DNA from: Squalus acanthias
Taxonomy: Eukaryota
Assembly: GCA_030390025.1 (NCBI GenBank)
Contig: JASTWF010000035.1
Span: 3,658,001-3,722,000, forward strand
Direction: 5' to 3'
DNA length: 64,000 bases
Under the pieces are notes generated by a model. It ran no database searches, was not told the DNA's origin, and saw nothing but the letters and a program-made list of their open reading frames with translations. The first letter of the stretch is position 1, and each line of letters starts with the position of its first letter. This document shows positions 1-12,635 of this stretch, one piece after another. A program made the position numbers and the translations under genes.

Positions 1-715
1 GTTTTCAAAGCATGACAGTGATAGGGAGTGTGAGGGCTGCATAGTGGAATAGTAAGGTGAATGTGACCAGAGAGGGAATGGGTAAGGGTGCATGGATGTC
101 AGTGTCAAGTGGGATATGGAGGAAGAGGTTGCTAAAGCTGAGTGCTGGTGAGGAGAGGCAATGGGGATCAGATTGAGGGTGAAGGGAAAGTCATACTCAC
201 TTTAGCAGTACGTAGAAGGTCATGAAACCTCTTCCTGCACTGGATCCAGGTTCTGCATGTGAATGATAGAGGTGACCTCCTGGGCGATCTGGACCCACAC
301 AGATTTTGTCTGCTGGGGAGGCTTCTTCCTCCCTGAGGAGGGGAAGAGCACCTCCCTGTTGGCTCTTGCTCCATCCACCAAAGCCTGAAGGGCAACGTCA
401 TGGAACCTGGGAGCAGCCCTGGGCCGTTGGTGGGCCATTCCTGCTGCAGGTTTTTAGATTAGAGGTCCAAAAGCTTGGCAGTCTGCAGAGGAAGCAAGGC
501 TTGTTGCAGACCTTAAATGCAGCAGCAATGATGACGTCATCGGAGGCGACTTTCAGACTGGAATAACTTATTGGCCATGGGGTCCCACATGTTGGAACTC
601 AATTGGCCAATTAAGTTAAAATCGCATCATTCATCCACATTAATCTGGAGTCGGGGGGGCAACACGAAATGCGGGTAAGACGACCCCAACCCGACCCCAA
701 GACAAAATCCAGCCC
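1..715 (-). mobile_element. End of a PIF/Harbinger DNA transposon with a frameshifted Myb/SANT-like first exon
   Basis: Two overlapping frames give RAAPRFHDVALQALV...WVQIAQEV / RTWIQCRKRFHDL (201-438), followed by donor AAA|GTGAGT. The end GGGCTGGATTTT at 704-715 abuts CR1 sequence. The other end is outside the window. Confidence 0.7.
511..611 (-). promoter_or_regulatory. Candidate promoter of the Harbinger Myb-like gene
   Basis: CRE palindrome ATGACGTCAT at 531-540, CCAAT motifs near 570 and 602-611, and TATA-like ATTTAAG at ~512, all upstream of the ATG at 438. Motif evidence only. Confidence 0.35.
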
Positions 716-1525
716 ATAGAGTACAAAAGCAAGGAAGTTATGATGAATCTTTATAAAACACTGGTTTGGCCACAACTGGAGTATTGTGTCCAATTCTGGG
801 CAGCACACTTTAGGAAGCATGTGAAGGCCTTAGAGAGAGTGCAGAAAATGGTTCCAGGGATGAGGGACTTCAGTTACGTGGTTAGACTGGAGAGGCTGGG
901 ATTGTTCTCCTTAGAGCAGAGACGACTGAGAGGAGATTTGATCGAGGTATTCAAAATCATGAGGGGTCTAGACAGAGTAGATAGAGATAAACTGTTCCCA
1001 TTGGCGGAAGGGTCGAGAACCAGAGGACACAGATTTAAGGTGATTGGCAGGAGAACCAAAGGCGACATGAGGAAAAACATTTTTATGCAGCGAGTGGTTA
1101 TGATCTGGAATGCACTGCCTGAAAGGGTGGTGGAGGCAGGTTCAATCGTGGCTTTCAAAATGGAATTGGATAAGTACCTGAAGGAAAAAAATTTGCTGGG
1201 CTACGGAGAAAGTGCGGGGGTGTGGGACTAGCTGAAGTGCTCTTTCAGAGAGCCGGCATGGGCTCAAGCCAAAAAAATCCAGGGGGAAAATGAGAATTTT
1301 TTTAATACACTGAGTTGTGATCTGGAATCCACTGCCTGAAAGGGTGGTGAAACAGATTCAGTAGTAACTTTCAAAAGGGAATTGGATATATACTTGAAGG
1401 GGAAAGATTTGCAGGGCTATGGGGAAAGGGCAGGGGGAGTGGGACTAATTGGATAGCTCATTCGAAGAGTCGGCACAGACACGATGGGCTGAATGGCCTC
1501 CTTCTGTGCTGTATCATTCTATGTG
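716..1525 (+). mobile_element. Two CR1 LINE 3' fragments
   Basis: ORF 740-1231 is a CR1 ORF2 C-terminus (LEYCVQFW...WNALP), followed by a second 3' UTR fragment. Confidence 0.9.
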
Positions 1526-1607
1526 TGGTGTAATATTCAAATTCGCTGCAGAATTCCATGGCTCCAGTCTCTTTGGAACCTCAAGACTGTCATCTGTAGA
1601 AGGAAAC

Positions 1608-1806
1608 GCTCAACAAAAGCTGCATTTATATAGCGCTTTCAACTTAATGAAAGGTCCCAAGTCTCTTCACAGGAGCGTTAATCAGACAAAAGTTGATACC
1701 GAGCCAAAGATGGAGACATTAGGACAGATGACCATAAGCTTGGTCAAAGAGGTAGATTTTAAGCAGAACCTTAAAGGAGGAGAGAGGTGTGGAGAGGCAA
1801 AGAGGT
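1608..1806 (-). mobile_element. L2 LINE 3' end fragment
   Basis: Resembles the 3' end of the L2 copy at 48437-49714 (aagcttggtcaaagaggtagatttt). Confidence 0.75.
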
Positions 1807-1981
1807 TTTATAGAATCATAGAATGGTTACAGTATGGAAGAAGGCCATTTGGCCCGTCGAACCTGTGCCGACCATCTGCAAGAGCACTTCAGCTAGTCCC
1901 ACTCCTCTGCCCTTTCCCCGTAGCCCTGCAAATGTTTTTCTTTCAGGTACTTATCCAACTCTCTTTTGGATAAGTACCTGA

Positions 1982-2660
1982 AGGTGCAACAGGCGGTCAA
2001 GAAGGCAAACGGTATGCTGGCCTTCATAGCAAAAGGGTTGGAATACAGGAACAGGGATACCTTGCTGCAGCTGTACAGGGCACTGGTGAGACCACACCTC
2101 GAGTACTGTGTACAGTTTTGGTCGCCTCATCTGAGGAAAGATGTTCTTGCCATGGAGGGGGTGCAGCGGCGATTCACCAGGCTGATACCAGGAATGGCGG
2201 GATTGACCTATGAGGAGAGACTATGTAGTTTAGGGATGTACACACTGGAGTTTAGAAGATTGAGAGGGGACCTCATAGAAGTGTATAAAATTCTGACAGG
2301 TCTAGACAGACTAGATGCAGAAGGAATGTTTCCCTTGGCGGGTGAGAACAGAACTAGAGGACATAATTTAAGGATAAGGGCTAAACCATTTAGGACAGAA
2401 ATGAGGGGGAATTTCTTCACTCAGAGGGTGGTGAACCTGTGGAACTCATTGCCACAGAGGGCAGTGTACGCCAGCTCATTAAATATATTTAAGAGGGAAT
2501 TAGATATATTTCTACAGGCAAAAGGGGTTAAGGGTTACGGAGAGAAGGTGGGGACGGGATACTGAATTGGAGGATCAGCCATGATCTCATTAAATGGCGG
2601 AGCAGGCTCGAAGGGCCGGATGGCCTACTCCTGCTCCTATCTTCTATGTATCTATGTATC
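1982..2660 (+). mobile_element. Young CR1 copy, 5'-truncated, (TATGTATC)n tail
   Basis: Almost identical to 38325-39003; ORF 1966-2565. Confidence 0.95.
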
Positions 2661-3403
2661 TGTGAAAGCCGTGATTGAGTCTGCCTCCACCACCCTTTCA
2701 GGCAGTGCATTCAAGATCCTAACCACTCCATGAGGAAAAAAGTTTTTCCTCATGTCGCCTTTGGTTCTTTTGCCAATCACCTTAAATCTGTATCCTCTGG
2801 TTCTCGACCCTTCTGCCAATGGGAACAGTTTCTCTCTATCTACTCTGTCCAGACCCCTCATGATTTTGAACACCTCTATCAAATCTCCTCTCAATCTTCT
2901 CTACTCTAAGGAGAACAACCCCAGCTTCTCCAGTCTATCCACACAACTGAAGTCCCTCATCCCTGGAACCATTCTTGTAAATTCTCATAAATCTTTTCTG
3001 CATCCTCTCTTAAGGCCTTCACATCCTTCCTAAAGTGCAGTGTCCAGAATTAGACACAATACTCCAGTTGTGGCCGAACCAGTGTTTTATACAGGTTCAT
3101 CATAATTTCCACGCTTTTGTACTCTATACCTCTATTCATGAAGCCCAGGATCCCGTAAGCTTTTTTAACTGCTTTCTCAACCTGCCCTACCACCTTCAAC
3201 GATTTGTGCACATATACCCCCAGGTCTCTCTGTTCATGCACCTTTAGGTTTGTACCCTTTCGTTTATATTCCCTCTCCTCATTCTTTCTACCAAAATGTA
3301 TCACTTTACATTTTTCTGCGTTAAATTTCATCTGCCACGTGTCCGCCCATTACACCAGCCTGTTTATGTCCTCTTGAAGTCTATCACTATCCTCCTGACT
3401 GTT
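2661..3403 (-). mobile_element. CR1 ORF2 3' fragment
   Basis: ORFs 2652-2894 and 3050-3331. Confidence 0.9.
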
Positions 3404-3777
3404 AGGAGAAGGGAGGGAAACGGCAGAGGCAACTGAACGGATGATCTCAATTTTATGACACCGAAGTTCATGAGCTGCTCGCACTTGTTGGAGGTGAGGG
3501 TGGAGGGGAATGTGCATACGTGACAGTGTGGATGGTATCTGGTACATTGAGGGATTGGGCTTGAGCAAAATGTCCATTTTTTGTTTTTACTTAAGTTCGT
3601 AGCCCTGATTCCACAGACCATATTTGCGCTTCTGGGCATATCATCTTCATGTAATTGGAGAGGGAATGGTAGATACTGCAAAGGTACCTTTGGAGACTGC
3701 TACGACTGTAGTTTTACATTGATTTGCGTTCTATCAGTTTGTTTTAACTAGGCCTTATCTTTATATTATATTTTCAG

Positions 3778-3873
3778 GAGTTCAACAGATCCAGTTGGCC
3801 ATGAAGTGATTTGGGCTTTGGGAGCCGGATGTAGAGACATCATCTCTCTGCAGGTTGCACCATTACATCCATG
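3778..3873 (+). CDS. FBXO41: FBXO41 internal coding exon (96 nt, phase 2-2)
   Basis: Acceptor ttatattttcag| with branch-like ttttaac at ~3742 and donor |gtaagg. The only open frame reads SSTDPVGHEVIWALGAGCRDIISLQVAPLHP, recognised from memory as the C-terminal LRR-like region of FBXO41. Confidence 0.92.
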
Positions 3874-4584
3874 GTAAGGGCAGTACCTTCCATTCTTCTT
3901 TAGCTATTAATCAGTGCTGTCCAATATGATGGCCAAATGTGACGTATTGGGAATCCAGATGTGGCGAATTACATTTCTGATTAGAAATGAGTAATAGACA
4001 CCATTGTTGGGTATGTGATCTCGATACACATATGCACACGGCTGAGACAGACTGCTAAAAATATAGCAAAACGTCCTGACTGAGGGCAAATACCCGGTTT
4101 TGAGAATTGCCACCACCAAGCTGTGCTCCATATTTGGCTCAATCGGTTGTGTATGTCAACATGCTCAGCAATCACTCTGATGAGTTCAAAAGTTCCGTGT
4201 GTAACTGCTGGACAAAACCTAGAACCTGCACTAAGATGTGTTTTGTCTGATCAATTCATGCTGGAATTCCAAACTTCGATGCAAGAGAAAGACTGCAAAG
4301 TTTCACACTGAATGATGTTAGATGTTTGTTAAGTAAGTATACACATGTGAAGTACACTTACCTGTATTGTATGAGTGTATGCAATTCTAAAGTAGTGGAA
4401 CTGAGGATTCGGACAGCTATGATACAGATTGAACCACTGCTGCTGATGAGAGGTTGAGAGCATAGGCTAGATTGCATGACATGCTGAGAGCAATCACAGG
4501 AGCACTGAATATCACAAAGATATTGGTGGTTGTGAGTATATCCAAAAGAAAGAACAAGGCTTCAGCTGGAATCCATGTGGAATG

Positions 4585-4920
4585 AGTTGGATCTGAAATG
4601 AGCTGCCTGAAAGGGTGGTGGAAGCAGATTAAACAGTAACTTTCAAAAGGCAATTGGGTATATACTTGAAAAGGAAAAAATTGCAGGGCTATGTGGAAAG
4701 AGCAGAGGAGTGGGACTAATTGGATAGCTCTTTCAGTGAGCTGGCACAGGCAGAATGTGCAAATGGCCTCCTCCTGCAAGATCGTAGAATAGTACAGCAC
4801 AGGAGGGCATTCGGCCCATCGAGTCTGCGCCGGCTCTTTCAAAGAGCAATCCAGTTAGCCCCACTCGCCTGCTCTTTCTCCATATCCCTGCAATTTTTTC
4901 TCCTTCAAGTATTTATCTAA
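4585..4920. mobile_element. Two CR1 3' UTR fragments, tail to tail
   Basis: gggactaattggatagctctttc tail motif on + (4585-4775) and on - (4780-4920). Confidence 0.8.
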
Positions 4921-5278
4921 TAAAATTAACGGGCACTTGGAGAGGTTTAAGCTAATTAAGGGGAGCCAACACAGATTTGTAAAAGGCAGATTGTGTTTGA
5001 CTAATCTATTGAATTTTTTGATGAAGTAACGGAGGATTGATGAAGGGAATGCAATGGATGTTGTCTACCTGGATTTTTGGAAAACGTTTGACAAAGTACC
5101 ACATAGAAGGCTGGTTAACAAAATTGAGGCTCATGGAATAGGTGGGTCAGTGGCAGCTTGGATAAGGAATTGGCTTAAGGACAGAAAACAGCGAGTTGTG
5201 GTAAATGGCTGTTTTTCAGACTGTAGGATGGTAGACAGTGGTGTTCTCCAAGGGTCAGTGCTGGGGCCACTGCTTTTT

Positions 5279-5282
<4 letters not shown>

Positions 5283-5320
<38 letters not shown>
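5283..5320. repeat. (TA)n microsatellite
   Basis: Direct sequence; sits where other CR1 copies have a short atatata. Confidence 0.95.
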
Positions 5321-5321
<1 letters not shown>

Positions 5322-5404
5322 AATGAACTGGATATTTGAATACAAAGTAGAATTTCTAAATTTGCCGATGACCCCAAACTTGGGGATGTGGCAAACAGTG
5401 AAGC

Positions 5405-5897
5405 GTAAGGCCTGCTTTTACCAGCATAAGAGTTTAAAGTTCACTCATTTATAGTTTAAAAATACTTTTTTAAAAAAGTAAGTTATTTTTAGCCCCGTAA
5501 AAAACTTTAATTATTTTTTCAAAAAATAAAATTTTTGTTTAAAATATTTAATTTAATGTAATTTTAATTAATTTTAAATGTGATTTAAAAAAAAAATTAT
5601 TTAATATTTAACTTTTTTAAGTGATCCCCATTCATACTTTTGACAGTTCTGTGCGTACAGACCGGTCAAAAGTGTGAAGGGGGATTCCCTTCTTTGATTG
5701 GTTCCCCATGGCCCACGTGATCCCAGGGACGCTTGCGAACCGCATGCGCCCCGGGATACCTGGGCCTCTGCACATTTTGTAGTGGAGAGTCCCAGGATCG
5801 GAAGTCTCGGGACCTACGGAGCCAGCAGGTAGGTGCGTAGATTTTTTCCGATCAGAGGTATCCGCCCGCAGGAAGCCTCCGATTGGAAATTCAGGCC
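5405..5897. mobile_element. One-ended Harbinger-like MITE fragment
   Basis: Ends ...gaaattcaggcc|aat. AT-rich core and attgg...cacgtgatccca motif are shared with the MITEs at 35360 and 55433. No left TIR seen. Confidence 0.55.
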
Positions 5898-5949
5898 AAT
5901 TGAGAGAGTGGTTAGCAAAGCATATGGGATCTTGGGCTTCATAAATAGA

Positions 5950-6158
5950 AGCCATGATGCGGAGATGCTGGTGTTGGACTGGGGTGGACAAAAGTGAGAA
6001 GTCGCACAACACCAGGTTATAGTCCAACAGCTTTATTTGAAATCACAAGCTTTCGGAGCGCTGCTCCTTCGTCAGGTGAAGTCTTCACTCCGCTCCGAAA
6101 GCTTGTGATTTCAAATAAAGCTGTTAGACTATAACCTGGTGTTGTGCGACTTCTCACT
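5950..6158. mobile_element. Penelope-type hairpin insertion with hammerhead motif
   Basis: 12-bp TSD ttcataaataga (5938-5949, 6159-6170); ~70-bp inverted arms; hammerhead core on - at 6043-6079. Confidence 0.8.
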
Positions 6159-6214
6159 TTCATAAATAGAGGTATTGAGTACAAAAGTAGAGAAGTTATG
6201 CTGAACCTTTATAA

Positions 6215-6327
6215 TGATGCGGAGATGCCGGTGTTGGACTGGGGTGGACAAAAATGAGAAGTCGCACAACACCAGGTTATAGTCCAACTGTTGGACTATA
6301 ACCTGGTGTTGTGCGACTTCTCATTTT
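6215..6327. mobile_element. Second, shorter Penelope-type hairpin of the same family
   Basis: 13-bp TSD tgaacctttataa (6202-6214, 6328-6340); palindrome centred near 6289. Confidence 0.8.
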
Positions 6328-6530
6328 TGAACCTTTATAAAGCGCTGGTTCGGCCACAACTGGAGTATTGCGTCCAGTTCTGGTCACCACACTTTAGGAA
6401 GGATGTGAAGGCCCTTGAGAGGGTGCAGAGGAGATTTACCAGAATGGTTCTGGGGATGGGGGATCTTCACTACAAGGACAGGTTGGAGAAGCTGGATTTG
6501 TTTTCAAGGGGTGATTTGATAGAGTTGTAG

Positions 6531-7722
6531 AGGTTTCCAGAAGGCATTCGATAAGGTGCCACATAAAAGGTTACTACACAAGATAAGAGTTCACGGGTTT
6601 GGGGGTAATATATTAGTATGGATAGAGGATTGGCTAACTAACAGAAAAAGGAGAGTCGGGATAAATGGGTCATTTTCAGGTTGGCAAACTGTAACTAGTG
6701 GGGTGCCGTAGGAATCAGTGCTGGGGCCTCAACTATTTACAATCTATATTAATGACTTGAATGAAGGGACTGAGTGTAATATAGCCTAATTTGCTGCTGA
6801 TACAAAGATAGGTGGGAAAGCAAATTGGGTGGAGGACGCAAAGAATCTCCAAAGGGATATAGACAGGTTAAGTGAGTGGGCAAAAATCTAGCAGATGGAG
6901 TTTAATGTGGGAAAATGCGAGGTTATCCACTTTGGTAGGAAAAATAAAAAAGCAAATTATTATTTAAATGGGGAGAGATTACAAAATGCTGAGGTACAGA
7001 GGGATCTGGGGTCCTTGTATATGAATCACAAAAAGTTAGCATGCAGGTACAGCAAGTAATTAGGAAGGCAAATGGAATGTTGGCCTTTATTGCAAAGGGA
7101 ATGGAGTATAAAAGTAGGGAAGTCCTGTTACAACTGTGTGTGGTGAGACCACACCTGCAGTACTACGTACAGTTTTGGTCTCCTTATTTAAGGAAGGATA
7201 TACTTGCATTGGAGGCAGTTCAGAGAAGGTTCACGAGGTTGATTCCAGAGATGAAGGGGTTGTCTTATGAAGAAAGGTTGAGCAGGTTGGGCCTATAATC
7301 ATTGGAGTTTAGAAGAATTAGCGGGGATCTTATTGAAACATATAAGATTCTGAAGGGGTTTGACAGGGTAGATGCAGAGAGGATGTTTCCCCTCGTGGGG
7401 TAATCTAGAACTCGGTCGGGGGCATAATTTCAGAATAAGGGGGCACCCTTTTAAATCGGAAATGAGGAAGAATTTCTTCTCTCAGAGGGTCGTGAATCTT
7501 TGGAATTCTCTTCCCCAGAGAGCTGTGGAGGCTGGGTCATTGAATATATATAAGGTGGAGATAGACAGATTTTTGAACGATAAGGGAGTGAAGGGTTATG
7601 GGGAGCGGGCAGGGAAGTGGAGTTGAGGCCAAGATCAGATCAGCCATGATCTTATTGAATGACGGAGCAGGCTCGAGAGGCCAAATTACCTACTCCTGCT
7701 CCTCCATCTTATGTTCTTATGT
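6531..7722 (+). mobile_element. Degraded CR1 3' half with (TTATGTTC)n tail
   Basis: ORFs 7041-7298 and 7372-7626; multiple stops. Confidence 0.9.
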
Positions 7723-10700
7723 CTCTCGGTCCCTGCACACTGTTTAAAACTGTGCCATTAAGTGTATATTGCCTCTCCCTATTCCTTCTGCCAAAATGCA
7801 TCACCTCACACTTCTCTGTATTAAATTCCATCTGCCACTTGTCTGCCCATTCTGCTAGCCTTTCTATGTCCTTTTGCAGACGATTGGTATCATCATCACT
7901 GTTTGCCACAGGTGTCATCGGCAAATTTAGAAATTCTACTCTGTATTCCAATATCCAGGTCATTTATTTATATATCAAAAAAAGCAGTGGCCCCAGCACT
8001 GACCGTTGGAGAACACCACTGTCTACCATCCTCCAGTCTGAAAAACAGCCATTTACCACAACTCGCTGTTTTCTGTCCTTAAGCCAATTCCTTATCCAAG
8101 CTGCCACTGACCCACCTATTCCATGAGCCTCAATTTTGTTAACCAGCCTTCTATGTGGTACTTTGTCAAACGTTTTCCAAAAATCCAGGTAGACAACATC
8201 CACTGCATTCCCTTCATCAATCCTCTCTGTTACTTCATCAAAAAATTCAATTAGATTAATCAAACAGGATCTGCATTTTGCAAATCTGTGTTAGCTCTCC
8301 TTAATTAGCTTAAACCTCTCCAAGTGCCCGTTAATTTTTTCCTTGATTATTGTTTCTAAAACTTTACCCTCCACTGATGTTCAACTGATCGGCCTGTAGT
8401 TACTAGGATTGTCCTTACACCCTTTCTTGAACAATGGTGTCACATTTGCCACTTTCCAATCCTCAGGCACCTCCCCGCATCTAAGGAAGATTAGAAAATT
8501 ATGGCAAGCCCTACCGCTATCTCCTCCCCAATGCCCTTAGCAACCTGGGATGCAAGCCATCTGGACCAGGCAACTTATCCACTCTAAGCATACCCAGCCT
8601 TTCTAGTACATCCGTCCATTGCTTCTACCTTTTCCACTTCTGATATTTTGTCAGCATCCACCCTCTCAGTAAACACCGATACAAAGTACTCATTGAGTAT
8701 TTGAGTTTCTGCAGCCGCGAACGTGACTCCAGGATGGTGTGTTGCCTCCCTGGTGCAAGGGTCAAGGATGTCTCAGAGCGGCTGCAGAACATTCTGGAGG
8801 GGGAGGGTGAACAGCCAGTTGTCGTGGTACCAATGATATAGGTAAAAAACGGGATGAGGTCCTAAAAGCTGAATATAGGGAGTTAGGAGGTAAATTAAAA
8901 AATAGGACGTCAAAGGTAGTAATCTCAGGATTGTTACCAGTGTCACGTGCTAGTCAGAGTAGAAATAGAAGGATATTTCAGCTGAATACGTGGCTAGAGG
9001 AATGGTGCAAGGGGGAGGGATTCAAATTCCTGGGACATTGGAACTGGTTCTGGGGGAGGTGGGACCAGTACAAACTGGACGGTTTGCACCTGAGCAGGAC
9101 CGGGACCGATGTCCTAGGTGGAGTGTTTGCTAGTGCTCTGGGGGAGGATTTAAACTAAAATGGCAGGGGGTTGGGAACCTGAGCAGGGAGACAGAGAAAA
9201 GGGATACAAGGATAGAAGCAAAAGACAGGAAGGAGAAAAACAAAGGTGGCAGTCAGAGAAATCAAGGGTTTAAATCAAACATGGCCACAGTAAATAATAA
9301 TTCTAAAAGGTCTAAGAGCATTAAAAAAACAAGCCTGAAGGCTTTGTGTCTTAATGCGAGGAGCATTCGTAATAAGGTGGATGAATTAGCTGCGCAAATA
9401 GAGGTAAACGAATATGATATGATTGGGATTACGGAAACATGGCTCCAGGGTGACCAAGGCTGGGAACTCAACATCCAGGGGTATTCAATATTCATAAGAT
9501 GGGCAAAAAGGAAAAGGAGGTGGGGTAGCATTGCTGATTAAAGAGGGGATTAACACAATTGTAAGGAAGAATATTAGCTCTGATGATGTGGAATCTGTAT
9601 GGGTAGAACTGAGAAATACCAAGGGGCAGAAACGTTAGTGGGAGTGGTATACAGACCCCCAAACAGTAATGCGGATGTTGGGGATGGCATTAAAAGGGAA
9701 ATTAGAGAAGCGTGCAATAATGGCACAGCAGTTATCATGGGTGACTTTAATCTACATATAGATTGGGCTAATCAAATTAGTAACAGTACTGTGGAGGAGG
9801 AATTCCTAGAGTATATACGGGATGGTTTCCTGGACCAATATGTCGAGGAACCAACTAGAGATCAGGCCATCTTAGACTGGGTATTATGTAATGAGAAAGG
9901 ATTAATTAGCAATCTTGTTGTGCGAGGCCCCTTGGGTCGGAGCGATCATAATATGATAGAATTCTTCTTTAAAATGGCGAGTGAAATAGTTCACTCGGAG
10001 ATGAGGGTCCTCAATTTGAATAAAGGAAACTACGATGGTATGAGGCGCTAGTTGGCTAGGATGGATTGGAGAATGTTACTCAAAGGGCTGACGGTGGATA
10101 GGCAATGGCAAACATTCAAAGATTGCATGAATGAACTGCAGAATTTGTTTATCCCAGTTTGGCATAAAAATACAACAAAAAAGGTGACTCAACCGTGGCT
10201 AACAAGGGAAATTAGGAATAGCATAAGATCCAAGGAGAGACAATATAAATTGGCCAGAAAAAGCAGTAAACCTGAGGATTGGGAGCAGTTTAGGATTCAG
10301 CAAAGGAGGACAAAGGGATTAATTAAGAGGGGGAAAATAGAGTATGAGAGTAAACTTGCAGGGAACATAAAAACTGACTGTAAAAGCTTTTATAGATATG
10401 TGAAGAGAAAAAGATTGGTGAAGTCAAATGTAGGTCCCTTGCAGTCAGAATCAGGGGAATTTATAATGGGGAACAAAGAAATGGCAGACCAATTAAATAC
10501 GTACTTCGGTTCTGTCTTCACAAAGGAGGACATAAATAATCTCTCAGAGATGTCGGTGAGGGTCTAATGAGAGGGAGGAACTGAAAGAAATCAGTATTTG
10601 CAGGGAAATGGTGTTCGCGAAATTGACGGGATTGAAGGCCGATAAATCCCCAGGGCCCGATAATCTACATCCTAGGGTACTTAAGGAAGTGGCCCTAGAA

Positions 10701-12635
10701 ATAGTAGATGCATTGCTGGTCATCTACCAAAATTCGATAGACTCTGGAACAGTACCCATGGATTGTAGGGTAGCTAATGTTACCCCACTATAAAATGGGG
10801 AATTATAGACCGATAAGCCTGACATCGGTAGTGGGAAAAATGCGAGAGTCCATTATAAAAGATGTAATAGCAGAGCACTTGGAAAACAGTGACAGGATCG
10901 GACAAAGTCAACATGGATTTACAAAAGGTAAATTATGCTTGACTAATCTACTGGAATTTTTTGAAGATGTAACTGGTAAAATAGATAAGGGAGAACCAGT
11001 GGATGTGGTGTATTTGGACTTTCAAAAGGCTTTCGATAAGGTCCCGCATAAGAGATTAGCGTGTAAAGTTAAAGCACATGGGATTGGGGGCAAGGTATTG
11101 ACTTGGATAGAGAACTGGTTGGCAGACAGAAGGCAAAGAGTTGGAATAAACGGGTCTTTTTCCGAGTGGCAGGCAGTGACTAGTGGGGTACCGCAGGGAT
11201 CGGTGCTAGGACCGCAGCTATTCACAATATATATTAATGATCTAGTCGAGGGAACTAGATGTAATATCTCCAAGTTTGCAGACGACACAAAGCTGGGTGA
11301 GCGTGTGTGCTGTGAGGAGTATGCAGAAAAACTCCAGTATGATTTGGACAGGTTGGGTGATTGGGCAGATGCATGGCAGATGCAATATAATGTGGATAAA
11401 TGCGAGGTTATCCACTTTGGTGTCAAAAATGGGAAGGCAGATTATTATCTGAATAGCAATAGATTGGGAGAAGGGGAAGTGCAATGAGACCTGGGTGTCC
11501 TTGTGCACCAGTCGCTGAAGGTAAGCATGCAGGTGCAGCAGGCGGTTAAGAAGGCAAATGGTATGTTGGCCTTTGTAGCGAGAGGGTTCGAATACAGGAA
11601 CAAGGATGTCTTGCTGCAGTTGTACAGGGCCTTGGTGAGACCACACCTTGAGTATTGTGTGCAGTTTTGGTCGCCTTATCTGAGGAAGGATGTTCTTGCC
11701 ATGGAGGGAGTGTAGCGAAGATTCACCAGGCTGATACCTGGGATGGCAGGAATGATGTATGAGGAGAGATTGGGTCGATTGGGCTTATACTCGCTGGAGT
11801 TTAGAAGAATGAGAGGGGATTTCATTGAAACTTATAAAATTTTAACAGTTCTAGACAGACTAGATGCAGGAAGGATGTTCCCGATGGTCGGGGAGTCCAG
11901 AACCAGGGGTCACAGTCTAAGGATAAGGGGTAAGCCATTTAGGACAGAGATGAGGAGGAATTTCTTCACCCAGAGAGTGGTGAACCTGTGGAATTCTCTA
12001 TCACAGAAGGCAGTGGAGGCCAATTCATTAAATATATTCAAGAAGGAGTTAGATATATTTCTTGAGGCTAAAGGGATATGGGCAAAAGGCAGGGACAGGG
12101 TACTGAATTTGGATGATCAGCCATGATCTCATTGAATGGCGGAGCAGGCTCAAGGGGCCGAATGGCCTACTCCTGCTCCTATCTTCTATGTTTCTATTCT
12201 AGCCTTGCCATGAGCCTCTAAGCATATATCACCTTCTTTGTCCCTAATAGGCCCCACCCCGCCTCTTGCTACCCGCTTACTGTTAACATGACGGTAGAAG
12301 ATTTTTGGGTTCCCTTTTATGTTAACCACCATTCTACTCTCATATTCTCTCTTTGCCAATCTTATTTTCATCTTCACTTCCCCTCTCAACTTATTGTATT
12401 TGGTCTGGTTCTCCCTTGAAGAATTCACGTGACATGCATCATACACCCTCTTTTTTTGTTTCATCATCTTCTCTATCTCCCTCGTCATCCAAGGAGCCCT
12501 TGCTTTGGTTCCCTTACCCTTCCCTCTTGTTGGAATGTACCTAGCCTGTACTTGGAACAGCTCCTCCTTAAAGATCTCCCATTTTCCGTTACAGTTTTTC
12601 CTGTCAGTCTTTGGTTCCATTTTACTCTGGCAACC
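7723..12635 (-). mobile_element. CR1 ORF2 fragment (7723-8701 and 12195-12635) split by a younger CR1
   Basis: The halves rejoin as ...aagtactcattgagtat|tctagccttgc, as in the copy at 33320-33345. Confidence 0.85.
8702..12194 (+). mobile_element. Long CR1: ORF1 esterase end, disrupted ORF2 (endonuclease + RT), 3' UTR
   Basis: DGLH motif, LNARS/GITETW/GDFN/SDH endonuclease motifs and FADD; stops and frameshifts. Confidence 0.95.

Larger units (their letters stand above)
4921..6530 (+). mobile_element. CR1 RT fragment interrupted by (TA)n, a MITE fragment and two Penelope hairpins
   Basis: ORFs 5054-5281 and 6291-6530; colinear with the family copy at 33718-34690. Confidence 0.85.

Noticed and set aside
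3404..4585. Other exon-like or TE-like signals around the first exon (ELLALVG, VVAILKTG, donors at ~4333 and on - at 4361)
   Set aside because: In-frame stops and no matching acceptors; the similarity is too faint to assign.
11022..11646. Recurrent antisense ORFs ([11 protein letters not shown]..., MTPKWITSHL...)
   Set aside because: They repeat because the CR1 repeats; no independent sign of coding function.
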